A stretch of DNA of 64,000 nt from Alphaproteobacteria bacterium (GCA_963555825.3 CAUVXB020000002.1:2528001-2592000), one strand, 5' to 3'; counted from the first letter of the stretch, positions 42,738 to 53,348 are shown. Numbers and translations are program-made. The notes: generated by a model from the letters alone, not told the origin.

Positions 42738-43435
42738 CGCGCGACCTCCAGATGCCGGTTGGCATATTTTTCAAGCGCCATGACCGACAAGGTGATGATC
42801 GTTGAAAACCCCAAATAGATCACGCCGACCACGATATACATGGTAAACGGCTTGGCCGTGTAGCCGATCGCCTGTTCGGCGACAAACAGGGTTTCTTCCA
42901 GGCCGATGATGGCAATCAGCGCGGTGTCCTTGATCAGAGACAGCATGTGATTGCCGAAGGGCGGCAGCGCCAGCCGCCACATGGCCGGAATGCGCACGTA
43001 CATGAATGTCTTGATATTCGAGAGACCAAGCGCCCGGGCGGCCTCGACCTGACCTGGATCAACACCGAGGAAGGCGCCGCGAAAGGTCTCCGTGGCGTAG
43101 GAGCCGATAATCAGTGCAATGGCAAATGATCCGGCCCAAAATGGCGGGAGATCGACAAACTTGATCTCGGGATCGAAGACCTGGGCAATCGCCGTCAGGG
43201 TGATCGCCGAACCGAAGTAAAACAGCAAAAGAACCAGAATCTCGGGTGTGCCGCGAAAGATGATCGTATAGCCGTTGGCGATGGATTTGGCGACCCGATT
43301 CCCCGACAGCTTCGCGGCCGAGCCAATCAGTCCAAACAGGACCGTCAGAATCAGGGCTACAACGAAAAGCTCAACAACAACGAGAGAGCCCCAAAAAAAA
43401 TCGTCCCACCAACCATCTAATGCGTCCACGGCCAC
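42734..43435 (-). CDS. Polar amino-acid ABC permease (HisQ-like)
   Basis: FRGTPE, ETFRGA..GQVEAARALG, KDTAL. Confidence 0.92.
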   Translation of the reverse strand: MAVDALDGWWDDFFWGSLVVVELFVVALILTVLFGLIGSAAKLSGNRVAKSIANGYTIIFRGTPEILVLLLFYFGSAITLTAIAQVFDPEIKFVDLPPFWAGSFAIALIIGSYATETFRGAFLGVDPGQVEAARALGLSNIKTFMYVRIPAMWRLALPPFGNHMLSLIKDTALIAIIGLEETLFVAEQAIGYTAKPFTMYIVVGVIYLGFSTIITLSVMALEKYANRHLEVAR

Positions 43436-43503
43436 TCACCCCATTCAGTTCTCACGGCGTGACAGAGCATCATCCTGATAGGGATGGCAAATAAGAAAAA
43501 AGT

Positions 43504-43537
43504 CGCGGTGGGGGTCAATACAGCGCCCCCACCGCGG
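43504..43537. terminator. Intercistronic hairpin after the binding-protein gene
   Basis: CGCGGTGGGGG...CCCCCACCGCG stem followed on the minus strand by ACTTTTTCTT. Confidence 0.7.
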
Positions 43538-43576
43538 ACATGAAATCCAACCTACTCTGCGAGCTTTGACTTTTAC

Positions 43577-44368
43577 TTAGTGGATAGCGAAGGGGAAATA
43601 TTGCAGGGCATATTTCTCCAGCCAGCCATGATCAGTCAGGGTCTTCAAGGCGGCGTTCAGACGGGCCTTCAACTCATCATTGCCCTGGCGAAGGCCAATG
43701 CCGACACCAATGCCGAAGTATTTTTTCTCATCGATCTGCGGGCTGACATATTCGTAACCCGCGCCGTCTTCCTTGCTGAGAAACCTGAGGTGGGCTTTCA
43801 TGGGATTGGTCATGATCATATCGGTCCGGCCATTCACCAGATCGAGATACAGGGCCTCGTTTGTATCGTATAAAACCACTTCAGCTTCGGGAAGTTCGTT
43901 TTCGAACCAGTCGGAATAAGTCGTTGCCCGTTCAAGGCCGACCTTGAGGCCGGCGAAGTTGGCGGGAATCGGCTTGTCCGCATCATCGAAAAGATTGAAT
44001 CCGGCATTTTTCTTGCCGACCAGGCGGCCGACCGAAATGCGGTAAGTGTCGGAGAAATCCATTTTCTCCCGACGTTTGTCCGTAATCGACATGGAGGCGA
44101 TGACCAAATCGAACTTGTTGGCCAAGAGGGCCGGGATCATGCCGTCCCATTTCTGGCAGACAAATTCCAGATCGGCGCCAATAAGACCAGCGACACCCTT
44201 GGCGACATCGACGTCATAGCCCATGAGTTTGCCATCGGTATTCTTGAAATTGAATGGTGCATAGGTGCATTCCATTCCCACGCGAAGCGTCTCGGCCGCG
44301 GCGATGTTGACCGCGCCGAACGTAACGACGGCGAGCGCCGCCGCCATGACCGTTTGTATCTTTTTCAT
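43577..44368 (-). CDS. Polar amino-acid ABC substrate-binding protein (family 3)
   Basis: Signal peptide, YAPF, WDGMIPAL..KFD..ASMSITDKR; RBS AGGAGGAG. Confidence 0.92.
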   Translation of the reverse strand: MKKIQTVMAAALAVVTFGAVNIAAAETLRVGMECTYAPFNFKNTDGKLMGYDVDVAKGVAGLIGADLEFVCQKWDGMIPALLANKFDLVIASMSITDKRREKMDFSDTYRISVGRLVGKKNAGFNLFDDADKPIPANFAGLKVGLERATTYSDWFENELPEAEVVLYDTNEALYLDLVNGRTDMIMTNPMKAHLRFLSKEDGAGYEYVSPQIDEKKYFGIGVGIGLRQGNDELKARLNAALKTLTDHGWLEKYALQYFPFAIH

Positions 44369-44418
44369 CGTGACTCCTCCTTGTTGGGTTGGTTCGTCCG
44401 TTTGTTTTGGTTCCGCCC

Positions 44419-45663
44419 TCAGACGAGCGCGTCCAGGCCTTCGATCAGCCGGTCGACGTCTTGCGACCCATTATAGTGCGCGAGCGACGCGCGGACGACA
44501 CCGTTCTGCGGCCGTGCGCCGATCGCGTCGATGCAGCGGGCGGCGTAGAAATCGTCGGCGTAGAGGCCGATCTTGCGTTCGCGCAGCGCAGCCGGGACCT
44601 CGCGCGAATCGTGGCCGTTGACGAGGAACGAATAGACCCCGACACGCTCGCGGTCGGCCGGCGCGCCGGCGCCAATGACGCGGACCGACGGCTGCGCGCC
44701 GAGGAAATCCTCGATCTCGCGGCCCAGCACGGTCTCGTGCGCGGCGAACAGTCCGAGGACCTGCTCGATCCGCTCCGGTGCGTCGAGGTTGGCGCCCGGG
44801 AAGTGGTGCGCGTGCACCGCATCGAAGTATTCGGTGATGCCTGCGGCACCGGCGGTCAGCTCGTAGTTGAGGCCGCCCGGGCACAGCCGGCGCTGGTGGT
44901 CGTCATCGCCCAGGAAGTAGTGGCTCTGGTTGGCGGTCCGCGCCAGCGCCGCGCGCTTGCCGTAGAGCACGCCCATGTGCGGCCCGAAGATTTTGTACGG
45001 GCTGTAGAGGTAAAAGTCGACATCGAGCGCCTTGACGTCGATGCGCCGGTGCGGCGCGTAGGCGACGCCGTCGACGCAGACCATCGCGCCCGCCGCGTGC
45101 ACCTTCGCCGTGATCGCCTTCACGTCGTGGATCAGGCCGACGATGTTCGAGCAGTGGGTGAAGCAGACCAGCCGGGTGCGCGCGTTCAAGAGCGCTTCCA
45201 TATCCTCGATCTCGAGGTCGTCGGTGTCGGCGTTCATGCGCCACTCGCGGACCACCAGTCCGGTTGCCTCGAGCGCCCGCCAGGCGCCGTTGTTGGCCTC
45301 GTGATCCTGGTTGGTGACGATGATTTCGTCGCCCGCCTCGAATTGCGGACGCAGCGCGTGGGACAGCGCATAGACGTTGGACGTGGTCGACGGCCCGATG
45401 ACGATCTCGTCGATCTCGGCGTTGATCAGCGCGGCCAGCGCCGCCTTGCCCTCGTCGATCATCCGCGCGCCTTCCTCGGAGGCCGGGTAGCCTTCGCCGG
45501 GCTGCACCTGGCAGGCCGCCGTGAAGTGGCCAAGGCGATCGATTACCTGTTGCGGAACCAGCGTGCCGCCAGCGTTCTCGAGGAACACCCAGCCGGTTTC
45601 GAGCGCCGGAAAGTCGCTCCGGCAGAAGTCGACATCGAGTCGTGTGTCGACGGCCATGTCCAT
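44419..45663 (-). CDS. PLP aminotransferase class V (cysteine-desulfurase-like)
   Basis: ENAGG, DHEAN, DGVAYAPH, SPYKIFGPH, RASLAHYN. Confidence 0.88.
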   Translation of the reverse strand: MDMAVDTRLDVDFCRSDFPALETGWVFLENAGGTLVPQQVIDRLGHFTAACQVQPGEGYPASEEGARMIDEGKAALAALINAEIDEIVIGPSTTSNVYALSHALRPQFEAGDEIIVTNQDHEANNGAWRALEATGLVVREWRMNADTDDLEIEDMEALLNARTRLVCFTHCSNIVGLIHDVKAITAKVHAAGAMVCVDGVAYAPHRRIDVKALDVDFYLYSPYKIFGPHMGVLYGKRAALARTANQSHYFLGDDDHQRRLCPGGLNYELTAGAAGITEYFDAVHAHHFPGANLDAPERIEQVLGLFAAHETVLGREIEDFLGAQPSVRVIGAGAPADRERVGVYSFLVNGHDSREVPAALRERKIGLYADDFYAARCIDAIGARPQNGVVRASLAHYNGSQDVDRLIEGLDALV

Positions 45664-45791
45664 CCCTTGTTGCCTGTTCCAGTCGGTCTTTTCCCGACCG
45701 TTGCAGATATGGTAAAATGGCCGGCACGGCTTGGAAATACCCCCAGGGTATGAGGCGCCCTTGGGCGTGATCTAGGGAGCGGCTGAGCGCC

Positions 45792-46649
45792 ATGAACGCA
45801 CGTGACGACGGGCCAGCGGCGACGCAAGACGACGGCGTCGACTGGTACCGCGACATCGGCGAGATCATCGACGGCCTGGGCAGCGAGGCGCTGCCCGAGC
45901 GACTGGTGCGCGGGCTCGGCCGCCTGGTGCCGTTCGAGCTGGCCGCCGTCTTCGCCTATCGGGGCCGCTCGCGCCCGCTGGTCGTGTACGAAAATTTCGA
46001 TGCGCGCGGCGCCAAGCAAGGCGTCGCGGCCTACGTCGAGAACACCTATGTGCTAAACCCGTTCTATCACGCCCATCTCAAGGGCCTTGAGGACGGCGTC
46101 TACCGGATGCGCGACCTGGCGCCCGACGCCTTCTTCGAAAGTGAGTACTACCGCGCCTACAAGGCGCGACCCAGCGCGGCCGAGGAAATCGGCTATGTCA
46201 CCGATAACTGGCCGCCGGGCATGGAGGAACTGATGGTCGCCGTGACCCTGGGGGACGGGGTGCTCGCCGAGATTAGCCTGTCGCGGCCGCGCCGCGGCGG
46301 CGGCTTCGACGACGCCGACGTCGCGCGGCTTTCGGCGGTCGTGCCGGTGATCGGCGCGCTGCTGCGAATATACTGGGCGGAATTCGGCGCGCCCGGCGCG
46401 CACTCGGCTCCACTCGACAGCCGGGTCGACGACGCCTTCGCCGACTTCGGCAAATCGGTGCTGACCGGCCGCGAGTGCGAGGTCACGCAGCTGATTCTAC
46501 GCGGCCATTCCTCGGAATCGATCTGCGTCAACCTCGGTATCTCGCTCGGCACGGTCAAGACGCACCGCAAGAACGCCTATGCCAAACTCGCCATCTCGTC
46601 GCAGTCGGAACTGCTGGCGCGCTTCCTGCAATCGCTCCAAGCGGCGTGA
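45792..46649 (+). CDS. LuxR-type HTH regulator
   Basis: LTGRECEV..GHSSESI..TVKTHRKNAYAKL; divergent from the aminotransferase/ABC operon. Confidence 0.88.
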   Translation: MNARDDGPAATQDDGVDWYRDIGEIIDGLGSEALPERLVRGLGRLVPFELAAVFAYRGRSRPLVVYENFDARGAKQGVAAYVENTYVLNPFYHAHLKGLEDGVYRMRDLAPDAFFESEYYRAYKARPSAAEEIGYVTDNWPPGMEELMVAVTLGDGVLAEISLSRPRRGGGFDDADVARLSAVVPVIGALLRIYWAEFGAPGAHSAPLDSRVDDAFADFGKSVLTGRECEVTQLILRGHSSESICVNLGISLGTVKTHRKNAYAKLAISSQSELLARFLQSLQAA

Positions 46650-46753
46650 GCGCAATTCACGGAGGCGCGGGGGAACTGGGGCCAGATAAGTAGAAGTAAC
46701 GATTCAAATCTTAGCCATCGATCGGTCCAACGACGCCGCTTGTGCGACCGTTG

Positions 46754-48049
46754 TCAGAAATTCCTGAGATAGCGCTCGATCTCAACCGAGGTGACTTGGT
46801 CGGCGAAGAACGCAAGCTCGCGCTCGGCCTGGCCGATCAGAATCTCCAGGCGGTCAGCGCCCAAAACGTCCTTCAGCAGCGCGGATTCCCTGGCCAGGGC
46901 CACGGCGGTCGCGAGATCGGTCGGGAGCGGCGTCGCGTCCTTCGATTCGTAGGCGTTGGCGTCGGTCACGGGCGTCGGCTCCAGGCCCTCCTCGATGCCG
47001 TTCAGCCCGGCCGCGATCTCGCAGGCCATCAGGTAATAGGGGTTGCAGTCGGCCGAACCGTCGCGCTTCTCCACCCTGACCGCGCTGTCCTTGCCCCCGA
47101 TCACGCGCAGGCCGACGGTGCGGTTGTCGACGCTCCAGCTATCGTTGATCGGACAGAAGCTATCGGGCACGCGCCGACGATAGGCGTTCGGCGTGGTCGC
47201 CGCGACCAGTGTCATCTCGATCATGCCGCGCTGCATGCCGGCCAGGTAGTTGAGACCGAGCGCCGAGAGCTTGCCGCCGTCGGCGAAGAGGTTCTTGCCG
47301 TCCCGCCATAGCGAATGGTGGACGTGAAAGCCGCTGCCGGAAAGCTCGGCGAAGGGCTTCGCCATGAACGTGGCGACATAGCCGTGGGCCTGCGCCAAGT
47401 TCTTCACGTGGCCGCGAAACACCACCGCCTGGTCGGCCGCCGACAGGGCGTCGCTGTAGCGGATGTTGACCTCGACCTGGCCCGGTGCGTATTCCGGGTT
47501 CGACTGCTCGATCGGGATGCCGACCTCGTTCAGGTGGCGGCGGATGGGGCCGATCACATGCTCCATTTCCGAGGCGCGGGTCAGGCCATAGACCTGGATA
47601 CCCGAATCGCGCGGCCGCAGGGTCTCCGGGTCGAGCAGGTAAAACTCGAGCTCGGCGCCGATATTGACCTCATAGCCCATGCCGGCGGCGCGCTCGAGGA
47701 CGCCGATCAGCGCGTTGCGTGGATCGATCGCTATCGGCTTGTGGTCCATGCCCTCGGCGCGGCCGAGGCAAAACGCGACGCCTTCCTCCCAGGGCAGCGG
47801 GTAGACTTGGCCCATGGGAAAGATATGCATGTCCGGATAGCCGTTCTGGAAATTCACGTAGGGTGTTTCCCAGAGGTCGCAGGTCATGTCGACCGTTAAC
47901 AGCGCGAGCGACAGGGCGTTGCCGTCCTCGCAGACCGTCGGCCAGTGGCTGGCCGGGATGCGTTTGCCGCGCATGATGCCGTTCATGTCTGCCACGCCGA
48001 GGGCGACCGTATGGATGCCCTTGGGAAGCTCGATGGTCTTCGCGTTCAT
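46754..48049 (-). CDS. Glutamine synthetase family (gamma-glutamyl-amine ligase, PuuA-like)
   Basis: DMNGIMRGK, ELEFY, EYAPGQVE, FMAKP..SGSGFHVH, DNRTVGLR. Confidence 0.88.
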   Translation of the reverse strand: MNAKTIELPKGIHTVALGVADMNGIMRGKRIPASHWPTVCEDGNALSLALLTVDMTCDLWETPYVNFQNGYPDMHIFPMGQVYPLPWEEGVAFCLGRAEGMDHKPIAIDPRNALIGVLERAAGMGYEVNIGAELEFYLLDPETLRPRDSGIQVYGLTRASEMEHVIGPIRRHLNEVGIPIEQSNPEYAPGQVEVNIRYSDALSAADQAVVFRGHVKNLAQAHGYVATFMAKPFAELSGSGFHVHHSLWRDGKNLFADGGKLSALGLNYLAGMQRGMIEMTLVAATTPNAYRRRVPDSFCPINDSWSVDNRTVGLRVIGGKDSAVRVEKRDGSADCNPYYLMACEIAAGLNGIEEGLEPTPVTDANAYESKDATPLPTDLATAVALARESALLKDVLGADRLEILIGQAERELAFFADQVTSVEIERYLRNF

Positions 48050-48161
48050 CTCCGATACCCCCTAGAACCGGTTTGGCGCTCCCCGTAACGCCTTCGTCCC
48101 GACCCTACTATGCCGGATTTACACTGTCACCGCGGCCAGCCGTCGGGAGTCGGTGGCCGGG

Positions 48162-49583
48162 TCACCAGGTGAACGGCCGGTCGATGCCGGCCAGCTTGAC
48201 GCCGGTGAAGGCCGAAGCCTCGAGCGAGAGCGCCCGCAGGTCCTCGACCTCCAGATTATGGACCTGAGACTTGCCGCAAGCCTTGGCCAGGAGGGTGATC
48301 TCCATGGTCATCGCCGTCAGGAAGCGCGCGACGCGCTCGGCGGCCGCGGCCACGTCGACCCGTTTCTCGAGTTCCGGGTCCTGGGTCGTGATGCCGACCG
48401 GGCAGAGCCCGGTGTGGCAGTGATGGCAGCGCCCGGGCGCGGTGCCGAGGGCGGCGTAGTCGTCGAAATAGCGCGGCGAGTTGCAGCCCAGCGCCATCAG
48501 GGCGGCGGTGCCGATCATCACCGCGTCGGCGCCCAGCGCCAGGCATTTTGCGGCGTCGGTGCCGGAGCGTATGCCGCCGGCGGCGACCAGCGAGACCGCG
48601 CCCGACATGCCGCAGTCGTCGAGTGCCTCGCGCGCCGCGCGGATGGCGGAGATGGTCGGTATTCCGGTGTGGTCGAGCAGCAGCTCGGGCGAGGCGCCGG
48701 TGCCGCCCTCGGCGCCATCGACCACGATCACATCGGCGCCCGCCTTGGCCGCGATCGCCACGTCGAAGCGGGGCCGGGTTGCACCGACCTTTATGATGAT
48801 GGGCACTTGGTAGTCGGTGGCCTCTCGCAACTCCTCGATCTTGACCTGCAGATCATCGGCGCCGAGGAAATCCGGGTGGCGAACGCTGGAGCGCTGGTCG
48901 ACGCCTTTCGGCAAGGTACGCATCTCGGCGACCCGGTCCGAGACCTTCATGCCCAGAAGAATCCCACCGGTGCCGGGCTTGGCGCCCTGCCCCATGACGA
49001 GCTCGATGCCGTCCGCCATGCGCAAGTGCTCGAGGTCCAGCATGTAGCGTGACGGCGTCATCTGGTAGACCAGCTTTTGCGAGGCCGCGCGCTCGTCTTC
49101 CAGCATGCCGCCCTCGCCGGTGCAGGTCATGGTGCCGAGCTTGGACGCGCCGTAGCCGAGCGCCGCCTTGGCATTGGCCGATAGCGCGCCGAACGACATC
49201 GAGGCGATGTAAATCGGGATATCCAGCTCGAGCGGCTTGGCGACCAGCCCGGGGCGGTTGCCGAGCACGGTCTTCGTGTCGCAGCTCTCGCGATATCCCT
49301 CGAGCGGCAAGCGCGTCATGGTCGCCGGCACGAAGGTGAGGTCGTCGAAGGTCGGCATGCGGTTGTTGAAGGTGTTGAAGCCGCGAATCTGGTAGCGGCC
49401 GAGGCGCGATAGCGCGTGCACCTCGGATATCGACTCCGGCGTCCAGCGCACCGAGCTGCCCCGGTCATAGGAGGACGGTGTGCCCGCTGGCCGCTCGGCG
49501 GCCGCGCCGTCCTTCATGGCGATGGCGTCTTCAGAGGCCGGTTCGAATGGGTACGCGTAGGGGCGCTTCAGATCATCAGCCAT
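48162..49583 (-). CDS. FMN-binding glutamate synthase-like subunit (GlxD/MgsC-like)
   Basis: MSFGALS, TGEGG, GQGAKPGTGG, DGAEGGTGA, CHHCHTGLCPVGITTQ. Confidence 0.88.
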   Translation of the reverse strand: MADDLKRPYAYPFEPASEDAIAMKDGAAAERPAGTPSSYDRGSSVRWTPESISEVHALSRLGRYQIRGFNTFNNRMPTFDDLTFVPATMTRLPLEGYRESCDTKTVLGNRPGLVAKPLELDIPIYIASMSFGALSANAKAALGYGASKLGTMTCTGEGGMLEDERAASQKLVYQMTPSRYMLDLEHLRMADGIELVMGQGAKPGTGGILLGMKVSDRVAEMRTLPKGVDQRSSVRHPDFLGADDLQVKIEELREATDYQVPIIIKVGATRPRFDVAIAAKAGADVIVVDGAEGGTGASPELLLDHTGIPTISAIRAAREALDDCGMSGAVSLVAAGGIRSGTDAAKCLALGADAVMIGTAALMALGCNSPRYFDDYAALGTAPGRCHHCHTGLCPVGITTQDPELEKRVDVAAAAERVARFLTAMTMEITLLAKACGKSQVHNLEVEDLRALSLEASAFTGVKLAGIDRPFTW

Positions 49584-50260
49584 GCGTTCGCGTCCCTGCT
49601 CTCGAAATGCCATAGCTGCTCGGCGGAGACGATCTTTTGCCAGCCGCGCGAGCCGTCGCCGAGGCCGCGCCCCGCGAGAAGGCTTTCGATCGCGGCGATC
49701 TCCTCCGCCGCGGGGTCGACGACCTTCGAATCGACGCCGAGCGACCCGATCGGCCCGGCCACCCACACCTCGCCGCCCCACAGCGAGTCCGCACAGGCGC
49801 CCTCGGCGCCGCCCAGAGCGATGATCCGCCCGGCGTGGGCCATGAACCCCGACAGGTGTCCGATGCGGCCTTCGACGATGATGTCGCCGCCTTTCATAGC
49901 GACGCCGCAGCGCGGGCCGGTATTGCCCTTCACGTGAATCAAGCCGCCGCGCATCGACGCGCCGGCCGACATGCCGGCATATCCGCCGACCACGAGCTCT
50001 CCCTTGGCCATGGCCTCGCCGACGCCCCAGCCGGCGTTGCGCTCGATCTCGATGTGGGCGCCGTCGTTGAGGCCGCCGCAGTAATAGCCCACGCTGCCCT
50101 CGAAGGAGACCCGGGCGCCCTCGGCCAAGCCGATGCCGAGGTTGTGGCGCGAGCGGGTATCGCGCACGGTAACCGCATCGCCCTTGGCCAGCGCGTCGCG
50201 AATCGTCTGGTTCAACTCGCGGATCGGAAGAGCGCCGGCGGTGATGACGACGTCGCTCAT
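49568..50260 (-). CDS. GXGXG-domain subunit (GlxC/MgsB-like)
   Basis: GSVGYYCGG, GASMRGG, GPRCGVAMKGG. Confidence 0.85.
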   Translation of the reverse strand: MSDVVITAGALPIRELNQTIRDALAKGDAVTVRDTRSRHNLGIGLAEGARVSFEGSVGYYCGGLNDGAHIEIERNAGWGVGEAMAKGELVVGGYAGMSAGASMRGGLIHVKGNTGPRCGVAMKGGDIIVEGRIGHLSGFMAHAGRIIALGGAEGACADSLWGGEVWVAGPIGSLGVDSKVVDPAAEEIAAIESLLAGRGLGDGSRGWQKIVSAEQLWHFESRDANAWLMI

Positions 50261-51201
50261 GCCGCGGCCCTGCTCACCTCGATCGGCCAAGTCATGGTGA
50301 CCCCCGGCCCGTCGTAGTTGATGACGTCGACTTCGTCCCGGTAGATGGTGCGCACCGCCTGCTCCTCGGTGGCGGCGGCCAACTCGCCATCGCGCTCGAC
50401 CGAGACCAGGGGTTTGATCGCCCAGCGGTCCTTGGCGAATCCCATGCTTTCGTGGTTGGCGATGAGGAAGGTGAAGACGCCGTCGATGTCGTCGATCGAC
50501 TGGCGCAAGGCCTGCGCCTGGGTCATGCCGCGCGACATGCGATCCGATATCCACACCGCGATCAGCTCGCTGTCGTTCTCGGTCATGAAGCGATAGCCGT
50601 CCCGTTCGAGCCGCTCGCGCCAGGTGAAGTAATTGGTGATCTGGCCGTTATGGACGATCGCCACGTCGGCAAAAGGCCGCGCCCAGAACGGGTGGCTCGC
50701 GGTCGGCGAAACCGAGGACTCGGTGGCCAGGCGCGCATGGCCCAAACCGTGGGTGCCGAGGAAATCGCGCACGCCGTGCTTGTCGGCGACCACGGATGCG
50801 CTGCCGAGATCCTTGATGATTTCGAGCGACCGCCCGACCGACTGGATTTCCAGCCGGTCCGCCATTTCGTCCGCGGCGCGCACCCAGGCCTCCATCGAGT
50901 CCGGCTCGGCGATGACCATGCGCGCCGAAACATGGGCGCTGTCCGCGCCGTCCCAGCTGGGGTCGGCCAGGAAGTCCGATCGATGCGCCTTGAGAATGGC
51001 GTGAAACTCTTCGAGGGCAGACGACAGGGCCGCCCTCTGGGGCGCGATAGCGCGGACGACCAGGCCGGTCTCGAGCGGCGGGCCGTAGAGGGCGAACCCG
51101 GTCGAGTCGGCGCCACGGTGAACCTGGGCGTCCATCAACGCCACCAAATCCGCCCCGACCGTGCCGGGCGCGCCAAGAATTCTTCCGGCAATCCCGCACA
51201 T
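50257..51201 (-). CDS. Class II glutamine amidotransferase subunit (GlxB/MgsA-like)
   Basis: N-terminal MCGIAG, HRGADSTG, GHARLATES, VHNGQITN, ENDSE. Confidence 0.88.
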   Translation of the reverse strand: MCGIAGRILGAPGTVGADLVALMDAQVHRGADSTGFALYGPPLETGLVVRAIAPQRAALSSALEEFHAILKAHRSDFLADPSWDGADSAHVSARMVIAEPDSMEAWVRAADEMADRLEIQSVGRSLEIIKDLGSASVVADKHGVRDFLGTHGLGHARLATESSVSPTASHPFWARPFADVAIVHNGQITNYFTWRERLERDGYRFMTENDSELIAVWISDRMSRGMTQAQALRQSIDDIDGVFTFLIANHESMGFAKDRWAIKPLVSVERDGELAAATEEQAVRTIYRDEVDVINYDGPGVTMTWPIEVSRAAA

Positions 51202-51484
51202 TTGAAGCGCCGAGCTCCGGCTGTTGCAATGCTGACCAGTCGCCGCCGAATGATACCCGGTAGCGACGCGAGATTGGTGGAAATTCGATACGCGGCGTGC
51301 GCCGGAGCATCGGCGTTGTCACCTCGGCGAACTGCCTGATCGACCGCGGGATTCCGTGCCGGTCCTATGAAAACCGTTCGACACCGTCAACCACCAAACG
51401 ATTGTCGAACAGTATAGCACGAGGCTTGGCCAAGAGGGCCGGGACGGCGGCCGAGCCGTTGTCGTCGAATGGCGGCTTAGGACC

Positions 51485-53168
51485 CAGACTGTGTAAAAAC
51501 GTCGATGGTGTTATGATTCTCTCGTGCTTTGGCGGGAGGGTCTGATGAAGCGTTTTGTCGAGGGTGTCGATCGCAGCCAGGGCACGTTGTTTCCGGAGCG
51601 CCTGGAAGACTGGATCGGCGACGACAACCCGGTTCGGGCGATCGACGTCTTCGTCGATGAGCTCGATCTTGGCGGCCTCGGGTTCGACCGGGTCGAGCCG
51701 CTGGCGACCGGCAGGCCGGCCTATCATCCTTGCGATTTGTTGAAGCTCTACATCTACGGCTATCTCAACCGGGTTCAGTCGAGCCGTCGGCTCGAGAGGG
51801 AGGCCGGGCGCAATGTGGAAGTGATGTGGCTGGTCGGCCGGCTGGCGCCGGATCACAAGACGATCGCCGACTTCCGCAAGGACAACGGCCGTGCGATCCG
51901 CAAGGTCTGCGCCCGGTTCGTCGCGCTGTGCCGGCAACTCGGGCTGTTCGCCGAGGCGAGCGTGGCGATCGATGGCTCGAAGTTCAAGGCGGTCAACAGC
52001 CGGGACAGGAACTTCACGCGGGCCAAGATGGCGCGGCGGGTGGCGCAGATCGAGGAGAGCGTTGCGCGCTATCTGGACCAGTTGGACAGCGCCGACCGGC
52101 AAGAGCCGTCGCTGGCGCGCACGACCAAGACGACTCGTCTGGCCGACAAGATCGCGATCCTCAAGGAGGAGATGCGGCGCCTGAAGGCGCTTGAAGTCGA
52201 GCGGCGTGCGAGCCCGGACCAGCAGATCTCTCTGAGCGATCCCGATGCCCGCTCGATGGCGACGAGCGGCCGGGGTTCCGGCGTGGTCGGCTACAACGTT
52301 CAGGCCGCCGTCGACACCAAGCACCACCTGATCGTCGCCCACGAGGTGACCAATCAGGGCACCGACCGCGCCCAGCTCTCAGCCATGGCGAAGCGGACCA
52401 AGGCGGCTCTGGAGACCGACGAGTTGGATGTCGTTGCCGATCGCGGCTACTACAACGGCAAGGAGATTCTGGCCTGCGATGAGGCCGGCATCACCGTCAC
52501 ATTGCCTAAGCCGCTGACCTCTGGAGCCAAGGCCAAGGGCCGCTTCGGCAAACAGGACTTCGTCTATCTGGCCGCCGACGATGTCTATCGCTGCCCGGCC
52601 GGCGAGCGTTTGGTCTACCGCTTCACCAGCCAGGAGAGGGGGCTGAGCATGCGGCGCTACTGGACCAACGCCTGTCAGGGATGCGCCATCAAGCATCGCT
52701 GCACCACGGCCAAGCAGCGCCGCATCACCCGCTGGCAGCACGAGCATGTTCTCGAGGCCGTCGAGAGGCGGCTCGACGAGCACCCGGAGGCGATGCGTCG
52801 GCGGCGCGAGACGGCCGAGCATCCCTTCGGCACCATCAAGTCCTGGATGGGCGCGACGCATTTCCAGACGAAGACGCTGAAACGGGTGAGGACCGAGATG
52901 GCCCTGCACGTGCTGGCCTACAATCTCAAGCGCGTCATGAACATCACGGGCATCGACCCGCTGATCGCGGCGATGAGGACCGCATAGGCCTCTCTGCGCC
53001 GCAAATTGCGCCCATATCCGGCCAAATCGCAGCTCACACCGGCGCCAGCCGGCCGACAGGTCCGCACGAGTGGCGAAAATCCTTAATCCCGGAATACCCG
53101 CCGCGACGGATCATCGAAGCCAAAGACGCGCCGTACAGATCACGCAGCAAACGTTCTTACACAGTCTG
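51485..53168 (+). mobile_element. IS1182-family element, copy 2
   Basis: IRs CAGACTGTGTAAAAACG / CGTTCTTACACAGTCTG; 4-bp duplication GACC (51481-84, 53169-72). Confidence 0.93.
51545..52987 (+). CDS. IS1182 transposase, intact
   Basis: SSRRLERE, PDHKTIADFRK, AIDGSK, GYNVQ, ADRGY, EHPFGTIK. Confidence 0.93.
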   Translation: MKRFVEGVDRSQGTLFPERLEDWIGDDNPVRAIDVFVDELDLGGLGFDRVEPLATGRPAYHPCDLLKLYIYGYLNRVQSSRRLEREAGRNVEVMWLVGRLAPDHKTIADFRKDNGRAIRKVCARFVALCRQLGLFAEASVAIDGSKFKAVNSRDRNFTRAKMARRVAQIEESVARYLDQLDSADRQEPSLARTTKTTRLADKIAILKEEMRRLKALEVERRASPDQQISLSDPDARSMATSGRGSGVVGYNVQAAVDTKHHLIVAHEVTNQGTDRAQLSAMAKRTKAALETDELDVVADRGYYNGKEILACDEAGITVTLPKPLTSGAKAKGRFGKQDFVYLAADDVYRCPAGERLVYRFTSQERGLSMRRYWTNACQGCAIKHRCTTAKQRRITRWQHEHVLEAVERRLDEHPEAMRRRRETAEHPFGTIKSWMGATHFQTKTLKRVRTEMALHVLAYNLKRVMNITGIDPLIAAMRTA

Positions 53169-53348
53169 GACCGACAACGGACTCCCAACGATTGTCTCTC
53201 CGGTCTCCGTTTTCGGGCGTCAAGCGGACAATGGCGGCACGCAGGACCGCGGCGAACTCCGCCCGGCGGCGAACGAAGCCTTGCGCGACGGGGCACCGGG
53301 TGTGGTAGCTTCGGGCCCCGAGGAGGGCGACGCACGACGGGGCGATCG

